Positions 37,428 through 46,190 of a DNA stretch of 54,540 nucleotides are shown in pieces. The stretch covers positions 1 to 54,540 of the forward strand of contig JACQDQ010000115.1 of NCBI GenBank assembly GCA_016201015.1, written 5' to 3'. The notes beneath the pieces were generated by a model. The model saw only the letters and a list, made by a program, of their open reading frames with translations. It searched no databases and was not told the DNA's origin. A program made the translations under genes and the position numbers. The stretch is from Pseudomonadota bacterium (lineage in GTDB: Bacteria > Pseudomonadota > Alphaproteobacteria > CACIAM-22H2). The stretch's first letter is position 1. Each line of letters begins with the position of its first letter.

Positions 37428-38186
37428 ATGTCCGCGACCTTACCCGACCTCGTCTGGATCACCGGCGCCTCCTCGGGCATCGGCCGCGCCCTCGCCTTGC
37501 GCCTGGCGCGCGACGGCCATCGTGTCGCCGCCTCGGCGCGCAATGTCGAAGCCCTGGCGCAGCTCGTGCGTGAGGGCAGCGGCCGCGTCGTCCCGGTTCC
37601 GCTCGACGTGACGGACAAGGAAGCGGTTCGCGCGGCGGTGACCCGCATCGAGGCCGCGCTCGGCCCCATCGGCCTTGCCGTGCTGAATGCCGGCGCCCAT
37701 CGGCCGCTCTCGGCCGACGATTTCTCGACCGACGCGTTCCGCGCGCTGGTCGAGGTCAATCTCATGGGCGTGGTCCATTCTCTCGACGCGGTGCTCGCCG
37801 TCATGCGGCCGCGCCGCGCCGGGCACATCGCCGTCGTCGCCTCGGTCGCCGGCTATCGCGGCCTGCCGACGGCGGCGGCTTACGGCGCGACCAAGGCGGC
37901 GCTGATCAATATGTGCGAGGCGTTGCGGCTCGATTGCGCGCGTCTCGGCATCAAGCTCCAGATGGTCAATCCCGGCTTCGTCGAAACGCCGCTCACCGAG
38001 CGGAATTCGTTTCCAATGCCGTTCCTGATCCCGGTCGAGCGCGCCGTCGACCGCTTCATCACCGGCCTGGCCAGTGACCGTTTCGAGATCACGTTCTCGC
38101 GACGCTTTGCCGCAATTCTGCGCCTGCTGCGCTGCCTTCCCTATCCGCTCTACTTCCGGCTCGTGCGCGCGGCGACCGGCAAATGA
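37428..38186 (+). CDS. Short-chain dehydrogenase/reductase (SDR)
   Basis: Track ORF trimmed to Met54 (MSATLPDLVWITGASSGIGRAL). Motifs TGxxxGIG, NAG, YGATKAAL (YxxxK). Confidence 0.88.
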   Translation: MSATLPDLVWITGASSGIGRALALRLARDGHRVAASARNVEALAQLVREGSGRVVPVPLDVTDKEAVRAAVTRIEAALGPIGLAVLNAGAHRPLSADDFSTDAFRALVEVNLMGVVHSLDAVLAVMRPRRAGHIAVVASVAGYRGLPTAAAYGATKAALINMCEALRLDCARLGIKLQMVNPGFVETPLTERNSFPMPFLIPVERAVDRFITGLASDRFEITFSRRFAAILRLLRCLPYPLYFRLVRAATGK

Positions 38187-38626
38187 GCCGGATCGACACG
38201 CTACGCCGGGCACTCGACGCCTATGCGCAATTCTACGAGCAGCTCGCGCCGGAGCGGCTCGACGGCCTTGCGGCGCTGTTGGCCCCTGACGTGCGGTTCA
38301 AGGACCCCTTCAATGACGTGCGCGGGCCGGCCGACATGATCCGCGTCCTGCGCCTGATGTACGACCACGGCACGCCGCGCTTCGAGATGCGCGACCGCGC
38401 GGTCGGGACGGAGCGCTGCTATCTGCGTTGGCGCTACACGTCGACAAGAGACGGCCACAACGCGCCGTGGATCATCGAGGGCATGAGCGAGCTGCGTTTC
38501 GATGACGCCGGGCGCCTCGTCGAGCATGTCGATCATTGGGACGCCGCCGAGCAGGTCTATGAGCGGCTGCCGCTCATCGGCTGGCTCATCCGCCGGATCA
38601 AGCGGCGGCTGCAGCTCAAGACCTAA
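38183..38626 (+). CDS. NTF2/SnoaL-like fold protein
   Basis: 147 aa. ATGA overlap with the SDR stop. Sequence pattern (FYEQLAPERLDGLAALLAPDVRFKDPFNDVRG) is typical of SnoaL-like proteins found next to CFA-synthase clusters. Confidence 0.72.
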   Translation: MSRIDTLRRALDAYAQFYEQLAPERLDGLAALLAPDVRFKDPFNDVRGPADMIRVLRLMYDHGTPRFEMRDRAVGTERCYLRWRYTSTRDGHNAPWIIEGMSELRFDDAGRLVEHVDHWDAAEQVYERLPLIGWLIRRIKRRLQLKT

Positions 38627-38629
38627 AGC

Positions 38630-39820
38630 CTAGGGCCGGACGACTGCGACCTGGGTCACGTCGATCGAGCCGCCGCGGAAGCCCGCCTCGCAATAGGCGA
38701 GATAAAACTCCCACAGACGCTTGAAGCGCGCATCGAAGCCGAGCGGCGCGATGTCTGGCCAGGCCGATTGGAAGCGCTGGTACCAGAGCTTGAGCGTCTG
38801 CGCGTAATGGCCGCCGAAATAGTCCTGGCCGTCGATGGCGAGGCCGGCGGCGGTGATCGCCCGCGACAGCGCCGACGGCGACGGCAGCATGCCGCCGGGG
38901 AACACGTAGCGCTGGATGAAATCGACGCCCTTGCGGTAGCGGTCGAACCAGCTATCGGCGATGGTGATCACCTGCAGCGCGGCACGGCCCCCGGGCACCA
39001 GGCAGTCATGCATCTTAGCGAAGAAGGCGGGCCAGTATTTCTCGCCGACGGCTTCGAACATCTCGATCGAGGCGATGCGGTCGAACCGGCCGTCGAGCGC
39101 GCGGTAGTCCTGAAACCGCGCCTCGACGCGATCGGCGAGGCCGGCGGCATGAATCTGCGCGCGCGTATGCTCGAGCTGTTCCTTGGAGACGGTGATGGCG
39201 GTGACGCGGCAGCCATATTCGCGCGCTACGAACTGCGCAAAGCCGCCCCAACCGCAACCGATCTCGAGCACGTGATGCCGGGGCGCGACCGCCAGCTTTT
39301 CCGCGATCAGGCGGTATTTGTTCGTCTGTGCCGTCGACAGATCTTCCTCGGGCGCGGCGAACACGGCCGACGAGTAGGTCATTGTCGGGTCGAGCCAGCG
39401 CGCGTAGAACGCGTTGCCGAGATCGTAGTGATGGGCGATGTTGCGCCGGGCGCCGCTTCGCGTGTTGTCGCGCAGCGCGAACCACAGCCGGCGCAGCAGC
39501 CGCAGCGTCGATCCGCCGTAGTGCGTGCCGAATGCCTGGTCGTTGGCGTAGCCGAGCTGCAGCAGCGCGCGCAGATCCGGCGTCTCCCAATCGCCATCCA
39601 TGTAGGATTCGGCGAGACCGACCGTGCCGCCGGTGAACAGTCGCCGCACCATGCGGGCCCGACGGATGACGATGCTTGCCGCCGGTCCAGGCTGGCGGCC
39701 GGCGAAGCGGAAGCAGCGTCCGTCCGGCACGGTCACCGCCAGCTCGCCATGCTCGATTCGGCCGGCCGTCGCCAGCAGCAGGGAGAGCGGGCGCGGCAGG
39801 TCGCGTGTTTCCGCAGGCAT
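38630..39820 (-). CDS. Cyclopropane-fatty-acyl-phospholipid synthase-family SAM-dependent enzyme
   Basis: Track ORF 38630..40384 trimmed to Met189 (MPAETRDLPRPLS). Motifs NIAHHYDLGNAFY, VLEIGCGWGG (SAM binding), SIEMFEAVG, YLAYCEAGF. Confidence 0.9.
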   Translation of the reverse strand: MPAETRDLPRPLSLLLATAGRIEHGELAVTVPDGRCFRFAGRQPGPAASIVIRRARMVRRLFTGGTVGLAESYMDGDWETPDLRALLQLGYANDQAFGTHYGGSTLRLLRRLWFALRDNTRSGARRNIAHHYDLGNAFYARWLDPTMTYSSAVFAAPEEDLSTAQTNKYRLIAEKLAVAPRHHVLEIGCGWGGFAQFVAREYGCRVTAITVSKEQLEHTRAQIHAAGLADRVEARFQDYRALDGRFDRIASIEMFEAVGEKYWPAFFAKMHDCLVPGGRAALQVITIADSWFDRYRKGVDFIQRYVFPGGMLPSPSALSRAITAAGLAIDGQDYFGGHYAQTLKLWYQRFQSAWPDIAPLGFDARFKRLWEFYLAYCEAGFRGGSIDVTQVAVVRP

Positions 39821-39825
39821 CACGC

Positions 39826-40617
39826 TCACGGCGTCGCCTCGCGCGGCCGCTTGGCGGTGCCGGGATGGCGATAAAGGCGCACGCCCTTGAGCCACAGACG
39901 CAACGCCTGCCAGTGAATCGCAGTGACCACCCGCAGCGTCAGCAGCGGGAAAGCGGCGAAAGCGCGCAGCAGGGCGCCGTCGGACAAGACTCGGCGGCGC
40001 GCCGTATGCGTCGCGATCAGCAGCTCGCCCTCCGTCACGCTCTCGCGAATCAGAATCGACAGGCGCTCCTCCGGCTCGACCACGCGGAAGCGGTATACGG
40101 CATTCATATCGATGAACGGCGAGACGTGAAACTGTTTGGCGGCGCTCTGGCGAATCGGCGCTGCCGCCGGGTGGCCGGGCGCGACCGGCAGCACATAGGC
40201 ATGCTGCTCGCCGAAGGTGTTCTTCACCTCGTAGAGCATCGCGCGCAGCGTGCCATCGGCGGCGTAGCACCAATAGACGCTGATCGGATTGAAGACGTAG
40301 CCGAGCATGCGTGGAAAACAATGCAGATAGATCTTGCCGCCGGCAAGCGCGATTCCGTGCCGCGCAAGCTGCCGCTCGACCCATGGCCGCAGCGCAGCAC
40401 CGTCGCGGCTGCCGTGGTCGCGGTCGTGGAACGAGAACAGGTTGAAGCGATTATGCGAGAACCAGCGGAGCCGCGCGGCAACCTGCGGCATCTCGTCAAG
40501 GTCGAGCAGCAGCGAGAAGACGCGATAGACGAAGCGGTGGCGCACCGGCCGCTTGCGGCAATGCATCACCTCGCCGACATATAGACAACTCTCCGGCACC
40601 GCCCCCTCGTCAATCAC
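39826..40617 (-). CDS. DUF1365-family protein
   Basis: LYVGEVMHCRKRPVRHRFVYRVFSLLLDLDE and RMLGYVFNPISVYWCY are typical of DUF1365. The GTG start overlaps the upstream stop (GTGATTGA). The track's upstream extension is Arg-rich. Confidence 0.83.
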   Translation of the reverse strand: MIDEGAVPESCLYVGEVMHCRKRPVRHRFVYRVFSLLLDLDEMPQVAARLRWFSHNRFNLFSFHDRDHGSRDGAALRPWVERQLARHGIALAGGKIYLHCFPRMLGYVFNPISVYWCYAADGTLRAMLYEVKNTFGEQHAYVLPVAPGHPAAAPIRQSAAKQFHVSPFIDMNAVYRFRVVEPEERLSILIRESVTEGELLIATHTARRRVLSDGALLRAFAAFPLLTLRVVTAIHWQALRLWLKGVRLYRHPGTAKRPREATP

Positions 40618-42004
40618 CGGCCGCCGCCACCGCGCGAGACGGAAGAACTCCGCTGCCGCCCGCGGACAGCACGACCGCGCCCTCGTCGCGACCCGGTCCC
40701 GCCCATGGCCGCCTGGCGCCCAACGCCTCGGCGACCGCAAGGCCGCTCGCCAACGCATCCTCGTGGAAGCCGTGGCCACAATAACTGCCGCAGTACCACA
40801 CCCCCCCGCGGCCCTGTATGTTGGCGAGTTCGGCCTGCGCGCGCAAGGCCGCGCGATCGAAGGCCGGGTGCCGGTATTCGAAGGCGGCGAAGGTCAGCGC
40901 ATCGCGCGGCACACGGATTGGATTAAGCGAGACGAAGACCGGACACGCTGGATCGAGCGCCTGCAGCCGGTTCATCCAATAGGTCACCGACACCCGCAGG
41001 TCCTCGGCGCGCGAAAACGTCCGATCGCGCTCGGCCAGGTAGTTCCAGCTCGCCCAGGCGCGGCGGCGCCGCGGCATCAGGCGCGGATCGCGGTGCAGCA
41101 CGGCGAGATTCGGCTGATAGCGAAAGGCGCCCAGGATGCGCTCTTCCTCTGCCGTCGGGCGCGCCAGCATGGCGAGCGCTTCATCGGCGTGTGCGGCGAT
41201 CACGACATGGTCGAAGCGGCGCGCTCCGCCCTGCCCATCGTAGACCAGCGCGTCGTCGCCGTCGGCGCGCACCGCCTGCACTTCGCGGCCGCTGCAGATC
41301 GTACCAGAAAAGCGCTCGGCAAGCGCCGCCACATAGCTGCGGCTGCCGCCGGTAACGGTGCGCCATTGCGGCCGGCCGTCGATGCGCAGCATGCCGTGGT
41401 TGACGAAAAACTGGACGAAGCTACGTGCCGGAAACTTGAGCATCTCCGCGATCGGAACCGACCAGATCGCGGCGCCCATCGGCAGCAGATGGTCGTAGAG
41501 AAAATCGCGGGAGTACATTTCGCGACTGAGATATTCGCCGAGCGTCGGATCGTCATCGCCAGCCGCCAGCAGACGTGGCGCCTCGCGGAAGAAGCGGACT
41601 ATGTCGGCGATCATGCGCCAGTGTTGGAGCCGCACCAGGTTCTTGGGCTGCGCGAACAAGCCGGCATAGTCGCCGGCGCCGTATTCGAGCCGGCCACGAT
41701 CGATGCTGACCGCGAACGACATGTCGCTCGGCTGGGTGGCGACACCGAGATGCGCGAAGAGCCGCGTCAGGTTAGGGTAGTTCGGTTCGTTGTAGACGAT
41801 GAATCCGGTATCGACGGCGAGGCACCGATGGCCGAACTCGACCGTTACCGTGTTACTGTGGCCGCCCAGGCGGGTGGCCTTCTCGTACAGCGTCACGCGA
41901 TGGCGCTGGCCGAGCAGCCAGGCACAGCCCAGCCCAGCAATGCCGCCGCCGATGACCGCCACTTCGAGTGGCCGCACCGGATGGGCCGGGAAACGGTGGA
42001 TCAC
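40610..42004 (-). CDS. FAD/NAD(P)-binding amine-oxidase-like oxidoreductase
   Basis: N-terminal Rossmann motif VAVIGGGIAGLGCAWLL...VTLYEKATRLGGHS. 464 aa. Conserved partner of DUF1365 and CFA-synthase genes. Confidence 0.88.
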   Translation of the reverse strand: MIHRFPAHPVRPLEVAVIGGGIAGLGCAWLLGQRHRVTLYEKATRLGGHSNTVTVEFGHRCLAVDTGFIVYNEPNYPNLTRLFAHLGVATQPSDMSFAVSIDRGRLEYGAGDYAGLFAQPKNLVRLQHWRMIADIVRFFREAPRLLAAGDDDPTLGEYLSREMYSRDFLYDHLLPMGAAIWSVPIAEMLKFPARSFVQFFVNHGMLRIDGRPQWRTVTGGSRSYVAALAERFSGTICSGREVQAVRADGDDALVYDGQGGARRFDHVVIAAHADEALAMLARPTAEEERILGAFRYQPNLAVLHRDPRLMPRRRRAWASWNYLAERDRTFSRAEDLRVSVTYWMNRLQALDPACPVFVSLNPIRVPRDALTFAAFEYRHPAFDRAALRAQAELANIQGRGGVWYCGSYCGHGFHEDALASGLAVAEALGARRPWAGPGRDEGAVVLSAGGSGVLPSRAVAAAGD

Positions 42005-42133
42005 TGTGCAACCCGCCGGAATGTCCAGCCGGCCGCCCGAGCCAGACCGTCGATCATGCTAAGACGGTTTCCCGCGCTGAGGCTTACGGGCGATGCTTGG
42101 GTCATGGCCGCCGCCGTGGTGCGATACTGCACC

Positions 42134-42159
42134 TACGTTGCGGCCCGGCCGGCGGATCA
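42134..42159 (-). promoter_or_regulatory. Candidate ECF sigma-E (ChrR-partnered, ECF11-type) promoter TGATCC-N16-CGTA
   Basis: On the minus strand the sequence reads GTGATCC gccggccgggccgcaa CGTA. It lies in the 172-bp gap upstream of the FAD-oxidoreductase/DUF1365/CFA operon, ~125 nt before the start at 42004. Confidence 0.4.
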
Positions 42160-42176
42160 CTTGCCGTGGCGTTTGG

Positions 42177-42578
42177 TTACCGCGCCGCAGCCGCGAATCG
42201 CCGTTGAAAATCGGCAAGCGCCGCCGGGGTGTAAGGCACCGGCGGCTTGACTCCCCAGACCGGCCGCGGCCACGCGGCATCGGTCGCGAAACGCGCGATG
42301 ACGTGGACATGGAGCTGGGCGACGACGTTGCCGAGCGCCGCGACATTGAGCTTATCGGGCTTAACCATCGCGCGCAGGATATCGCAGGCGCGGACAATCT
42401 CGTCGAGCAGCACGGCGCGATCGGCCACCGCGAGATCGATCAGTTCGCGCATGCCGGCACGGACCGGAACCAGGATGAGCCACGGATAGCTGGCGTCGTT
42501 CATCAGCAGCACGCGCGACAGCGGCCAAGCCGCGAGTTCGGTCGAAACTGCGGCGAGGCGCGGGTCGAGCTGAAACAT
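42177..42578 (-). CDS. HIT (histidine triad) family protein
   Basis: 133 aa. Histidine triad NVVAQLHVHVIAR. Confidence 0.85.
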   Translation of the reverse strand: MFQLDPRLAAVSTELAAWPLSRVLLMNDASYPWLILVPVRAGMRELIDLAVADRAVLLDEIVRACDILRAMVKPDKLNVAALGNVVAQLHVHVIARFATDAAWPRPVWGVKPPVPYTPAALADFQRRFAAAAR

Positions 42579-42584
42579 GGCGGC

Positions 42585-43673
42585 TCAGCCCGGCGCGGCA
42601 GCGCGCTGTCCGGGCGCCGCCGCGCGGACGGCGGCGATATCGACGCCGACCGACTTGCCGGCGGCGATGATCTCCGCCCAGCTGCGGCTGTCGATCTCGA
42701 TGCCGACGGCGGACCGGGCGACTCGCGTCTTGCGCTCGGGATCGCCGGCGACCATGACCGCCGTGCCATCGCCGCGCGGGCGCGACGACGTCACCCAGGC
42801 GATGTAGCGCTCGACCTCCTGCGCGAAGCCGGCGCTGTCGCCCAGCGCCGCCGGGTCGATGATCACCGACAGCATGTGGTTGATGATGCCCTTGGGGCGC
42901 CCCGCATGCGGTGCCACCGTGCCGCCGCCGGTCAGCGCGCCGGCGAGCAGATCGCAGGCGACCGACAGCCCGAAGCCCTTGTAGGTGCCGAAGGGCAGAA
43001 GCGCGCCGAACGGCTCGCGCCACATGACGTTGGCATCGGTGGTCGGCCGGCCCTCGGCGTCGATCAGGCAGTCGGGCGGGGCCGGCACACCTTTGTTGGC
43101 GGCGACGCGAGTCTTGCCCATGGCGATGATGCTGGTCGCCATATCGAGCATGATATTCCGCCCGCCGGGGCCGGGCACGCCGATGCACACCGGATTGGTT
43201 CCCAGCCGCGCATCGCGGCCACCATGCGGCGCCACGCGGGCCGGCACGCCGATGACGTTGACGTAGTGCATCGACACCAGACCGGCCCCGATGCAGCGCT
43301 CCGCCCAGGCGCCGATGCGGCCGAGATGATGCGCATTGCGCAGCGCGACGAGCGCCATGCCGAGTTTCTGCGCCTTGGCGATGCCGATCGCCATCGCCTC
43401 GGCGCCGATCACCTGGCCATAACCAAACTTGCCGTCGATCACCGCGATGGCACCGCGGTCGGAAATGACCTCGGCATGCTGATTAACTTTGAGCTGGCCC
43501 GCCTTCATGTTGGCGATATAGGACGGCAGCATGCCGACGCCATGCGAATCGTGACCCTGCAGATTCGCCTCGACCAAGTTCTCCGCCACGGCGGCGGACT
43601 CGGCCGCCGACGATCCGCCGGCGGCGCACACCGCCCGCACGAACGCTCGTAACTCCTCTGCCGCAAATAGCAT
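42585..43673 (-). CDS. Ldh_2-family (malate/L-lactate/ureidoglycolate-type) dehydrogenase
   Basis: Track ORF trimmed to Met150 (MLFAAEELRAFV). Motifs GHDSHGV, LGTNP, LDMATS, FGTYKGFGL. Confidence 0.87.
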   Translation of the reverse strand: MLFAAEELRAFVRAVCAAGGSSAAESAAVAENLVEANLQGHDSHGVGMLPSYIANMKAGQLKVNQHAEVISDRGAIAVIDGKFGYGQVIGAEAMAIGIAKAQKLGMALVALRNAHHLGRIGAWAERCIGAGLVSMHYVNVIGVPARVAPHGGRDARLGTNPVCIGVPGPGGRNIMLDMATSIIAMGKTRVAANKGVPAPPDCLIDAEGRPTTDANVMWREPFGALLPFGTYKGFGLSVACDLLAGALTGGGTVAPHAGRPKGIINHMLSVIIDPAALGDSAGFAQEVERYIAWVTSSRPRGDGTAVMVAGDPERKTRVARSAVGIEIDSRSWAEIIAAGKSVGVDIAAVRAAAPGQRAAAPG

Positions 43674-43690
43674 CAACGCGTTCCTTTCGT

Positions 43691-44584
43691 TCAGCCGCCC
43701 GGGATCGTTCCTGGCGGCAAGGTCGTGACATGGGCGGCGATGCCGCCGGCCGTGGTCGTCCACACCATGTCGCCGGCATTGTGGCACACATGGCGCAGCG
43801 CCCGGCGCAGATGGCGCAGCCGGTAGGGCTGGCCGACGAGATAGGCGTGCAGCGCGACACCCATCACCAGCGGCTGGCCGCGGCATTGGACGCGCATCTC
43901 GTCGAAATTGTCGACGATCATGTCGGCGAAAGCATCGGCATCGAGCTTGCGCGCGACGATCATCGGAATGTCGTTGATCTCCTGCGGATAGGGCACGCCG
44001 AGGATGCGGCCGTGACGCGTGCGAAACCAGATCGGCTGATCGTCCTGGCACCAGTCGAGCAGATAGGTATAGCCGGCCTCTTGCAATAGATCGGGCGTGA
44101 TTTGGCTCTCGGAAATCCACGGGCCGAGCCAGCCGGCCGGACGCTTCCCCTCGTGCCGGGCGATGACCTCCGTCGCCTCGCGGATGAGCGCCGCTTCGGC
44201 CGCCGCGTCGAGCGTGCCTTGTCGCTCGGCGTTGGTCCGGCCGTGGCCGACGATCTCGTCGCCGCGCCCGCGGAACGCGACGATCACCTCGGGTGCGTGG
44301 TCGTACATGACGCTGTTGACCAGCACCGAGCAGGGCAGCTTGAGCTCGTCGAACAGCTCGGCCATGCGCCAGACGCCGACGCGATTGCCGTAGTCACGCC
44401 AGGAAAAGTTGAGCACGTCGGGTGGCGGTCCGCCCGGCGCCAGCTCGGCGCCGAGACCTTCGCCGAAGGCGAAATGCTCGAGATTGAGGGCGACATAGAA
44501 GGCGAGCCGCCGCCGCTCCGGCCAGTGATAATCCGGCCGGCGGACGATCGCCGAGTAGCCGTAGCGTCCGTGATCGCGCAGCAT
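43691..44584 (-). CDS. Polysaccharide-deacetylase-fold protein (PuuE allantoinase-like family)
   Basis: Track ORF trimmed to Met159 (MLRDHGRYGYSAIVRRPDYHWPERRRLAFYVALNLEHF). NodB-like fold pattern (VGHGRTN, LDWCQDDQP). 297 aa. Confidence 0.78.
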   Translation of the reverse strand: MLRDHGRYGYSAIVRRPDYHWPERRRLAFYVALNLEHFAFGEGLGAELAPGGPPPDVLNFSWRDYGNRVGVWRMAELFDELKLPCSVLVNSVMYDHAPEVIVAFRGRGDEIVGHGRTNAERQGTLDAAAEAALIREATEVIARHEGKRPAGWLGPWISESQITPDLLQEAGYTYLLDWCQDDQPIWFRTRHGRILGVPYPQEINDIPMIVARKLDADAFADMIVDNFDEMRVQCRGQPLVMGVALHAYLVGQPYRLRHLRRALRHVCHNAGDMVWTTTAGGIAAHVTTLPPGTIPGG

Positions 44585-44594
44585 CGCTCGCTCC

Positions 44595-46184
44595 CTAGAA
44601 TCCCGCCACCACGCCATCGGCGCGCGGATCGGCGGCGCCCTCGATGACGCCGCCGGGATGGCGCACCAGCGCGCCGGCATGCCCCACCAGATCGGAAAAC
44701 TCCGGCAGCATCTCGACATCGTGCCCGGCCTGGCGCAGTCGTTCGATGAGCTCGGCAGCGAAGCGGCGCTCGAGCTTGAGCGTCGTGCTCTCCGCGCCCC
44801 AGGTGCGGCCGAGCAGCCAGCGCGGCGCGGTGACCGCCGCCTGCAGGCCCTGGCCGAACATGGCGTAGCGCGTGAAAAGCGCCGCCTGGGTCTGCGGCTG
44901 GCCCTCGCCGCCCATCGTGCCGTAGGCCATGACCCGGCCATCGGCGAGATGGGCGAGCGCCGGGTTAAGCGTGTGGAACGGCTTGCGACCCGGCGCCAGC
45001 GCATTGGGGGATTTGGCATCGAGAGCGAAGCTGGCGCCGCGGTTCTGCCACAAGACACCGCTGTCGCCGAGCACGACGCCGGAGCCGAACTCCCAATATA
45101 CGCTCTGGATATAGCTCACGGCCCGCCCGGCGCCGTCGATGACGGCGAACCAGATGGTGCCGCCCTGCGGCGACGGCACCGGCCAGGGCAGCGCCCGCGC
45201 CGGATCGATCGCCCGCGCGCGCTCGGCGAGCGCCGCTTCGGTCAGGAAGCTGGCCGGATCGACCGTCATCGTCGCCGGGTCGGCGACATGGCGGTTGCGC
45301 GCGAGGAAGGCCTGCTTGGTCGCCTCGACCAGACGATGCACATAGTCGAAATTTTCCGCCGCCGCGCAGCCAAGCCGATCGAAGATGCCGAGAATCATCA
45401 GCGAGGCCATACCTTGCGTCGGCGGCGGCAGATTGAACGTGGTGCCGGCACGCAGCTTCACCTGTAGCGGCGCGACGATCGCCGCGCGATGGTCTGCAAG
45501 ATCCTCGCGGCGCAGCGGCGTGCCCAGCCGCTCGAGTTCCGCCGCCATCGCCGCAGCAATTTCGCCGCGATAGAAGTCGTCGAGGCCTGCCTTCGCCAAA
45601 CGGACCAGCGTCGCGGCAAGCGCAGCGTTGCGCCGGATCGCGCCGCGCAATGGTGGCTTGTCAGCGTCGAGCATCGCCGCCGCGAAGCCGGGCACGTCCT
45701 TGAGCTGGCCGAGATGCGTCGTCGTGTAGGCCACCTGGCTGCCGGTGGTCGGCACGCCGTCGCGCGCGTAGCCGATCGCATCTTGCAGCAGCCGCGCGAG
45801 CGGCAACCGCCCGCCCCATCGCGCGCTGATCTCGAGCGCCGCCTGCCAGCCGGAGATGGCGCCGGCCACCGTGTTCGCGGCCAGCGGCCCGCGCTGCGGG
45901 ATCGCGTTGACGCCGTGGGCACGGTAGAAGCCGAGATCGGCGAGCCCGGCGGCGCGGCCGCACGCGTCGATGCCGACTGGCGGCCGGCCCGGCTCGTCGA
46001 TCAGCCAGAATCCGTCGCCGCCGATGGCGTTCATATGCGGATAGGCGACGGCGATCGTCGCCGCCGCGGCGACCGCCGCCTCGATTGCTGTGCCGCCCTC
46101 GCGCAGCACGGCAAGCCCCGACTGCGCCGCCTGATGATTGGGCGCGGTCACCATGCCGCGCGTCGCCAGCAAGGCATTCAGCAT
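44595..46184 (-). CDS. Gamma-glutamyltransferase-fold Ntn hydrolase without a signal peptide (oxamate-amidohydrolase-like candidate)
   Basis: 529 aa. MLNALLATRGMVTAPNHQAAQSGLAVLREGGTAIEAAVA (GGT N-terminus, no leader). Autoprocessing/nucleophile Thr in PQGGT-IWFAV. Also TLNPAL and GGEGQPQ. Confidence 0.88.
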   Translation of the reverse strand: MLNALLATRGMVTAPNHQAAQSGLAVLREGGTAIEAAVAAAATIAVAYPHMNAIGGDGFWLIDEPGRPPVGIDACGRAAGLADLGFYRAHGVNAIPQRGPLAANTVAGAISGWQAALEISARWGGRLPLARLLQDAIGYARDGVPTTGSQVAYTTTHLGQLKDVPGFAAAMLDADKPPLRGAIRRNAALAATLVRLAKAGLDDFYRGEIAAAMAAELERLGTPLRREDLADHRAAIVAPLQVKLRAGTTFNLPPPTQGMASLMILGIFDRLGCAAAENFDYVHRLVEATKQAFLARNRHVADPATMTVDPASFLTEAALAERARAIDPARALPWPVPSPQGGTIWFAVIDGAGRAVSYIQSVYWEFGSGVVLGDSGVLWQNRGASFALDAKSPNALAPGRKPFHTLNPALAHLADGRVMAYGTMGGEGQPQTQAALFTRYAMFGQGLQAAVTAPRWLLGRTWGAESTTLKLERRFAAELIERLRQAGHDVEMLPEFSDLVGHAGALVRHPGGVIEGAADPRADGVVAGF

Positions 46185-46190
46185 CGCGGG

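Noticed and set aside
40553-43652. Plus-strand ORFs 40553..42250 (565 aa) and 42093..43652 (519 aa)
   Set aside because: They are antisense to the FAD oxidoreductase, HIT and Ldh_2 genes. There are no motifs and the Arg/Ala/Gly bias is strong. They are shadows of real minus-strand genes.
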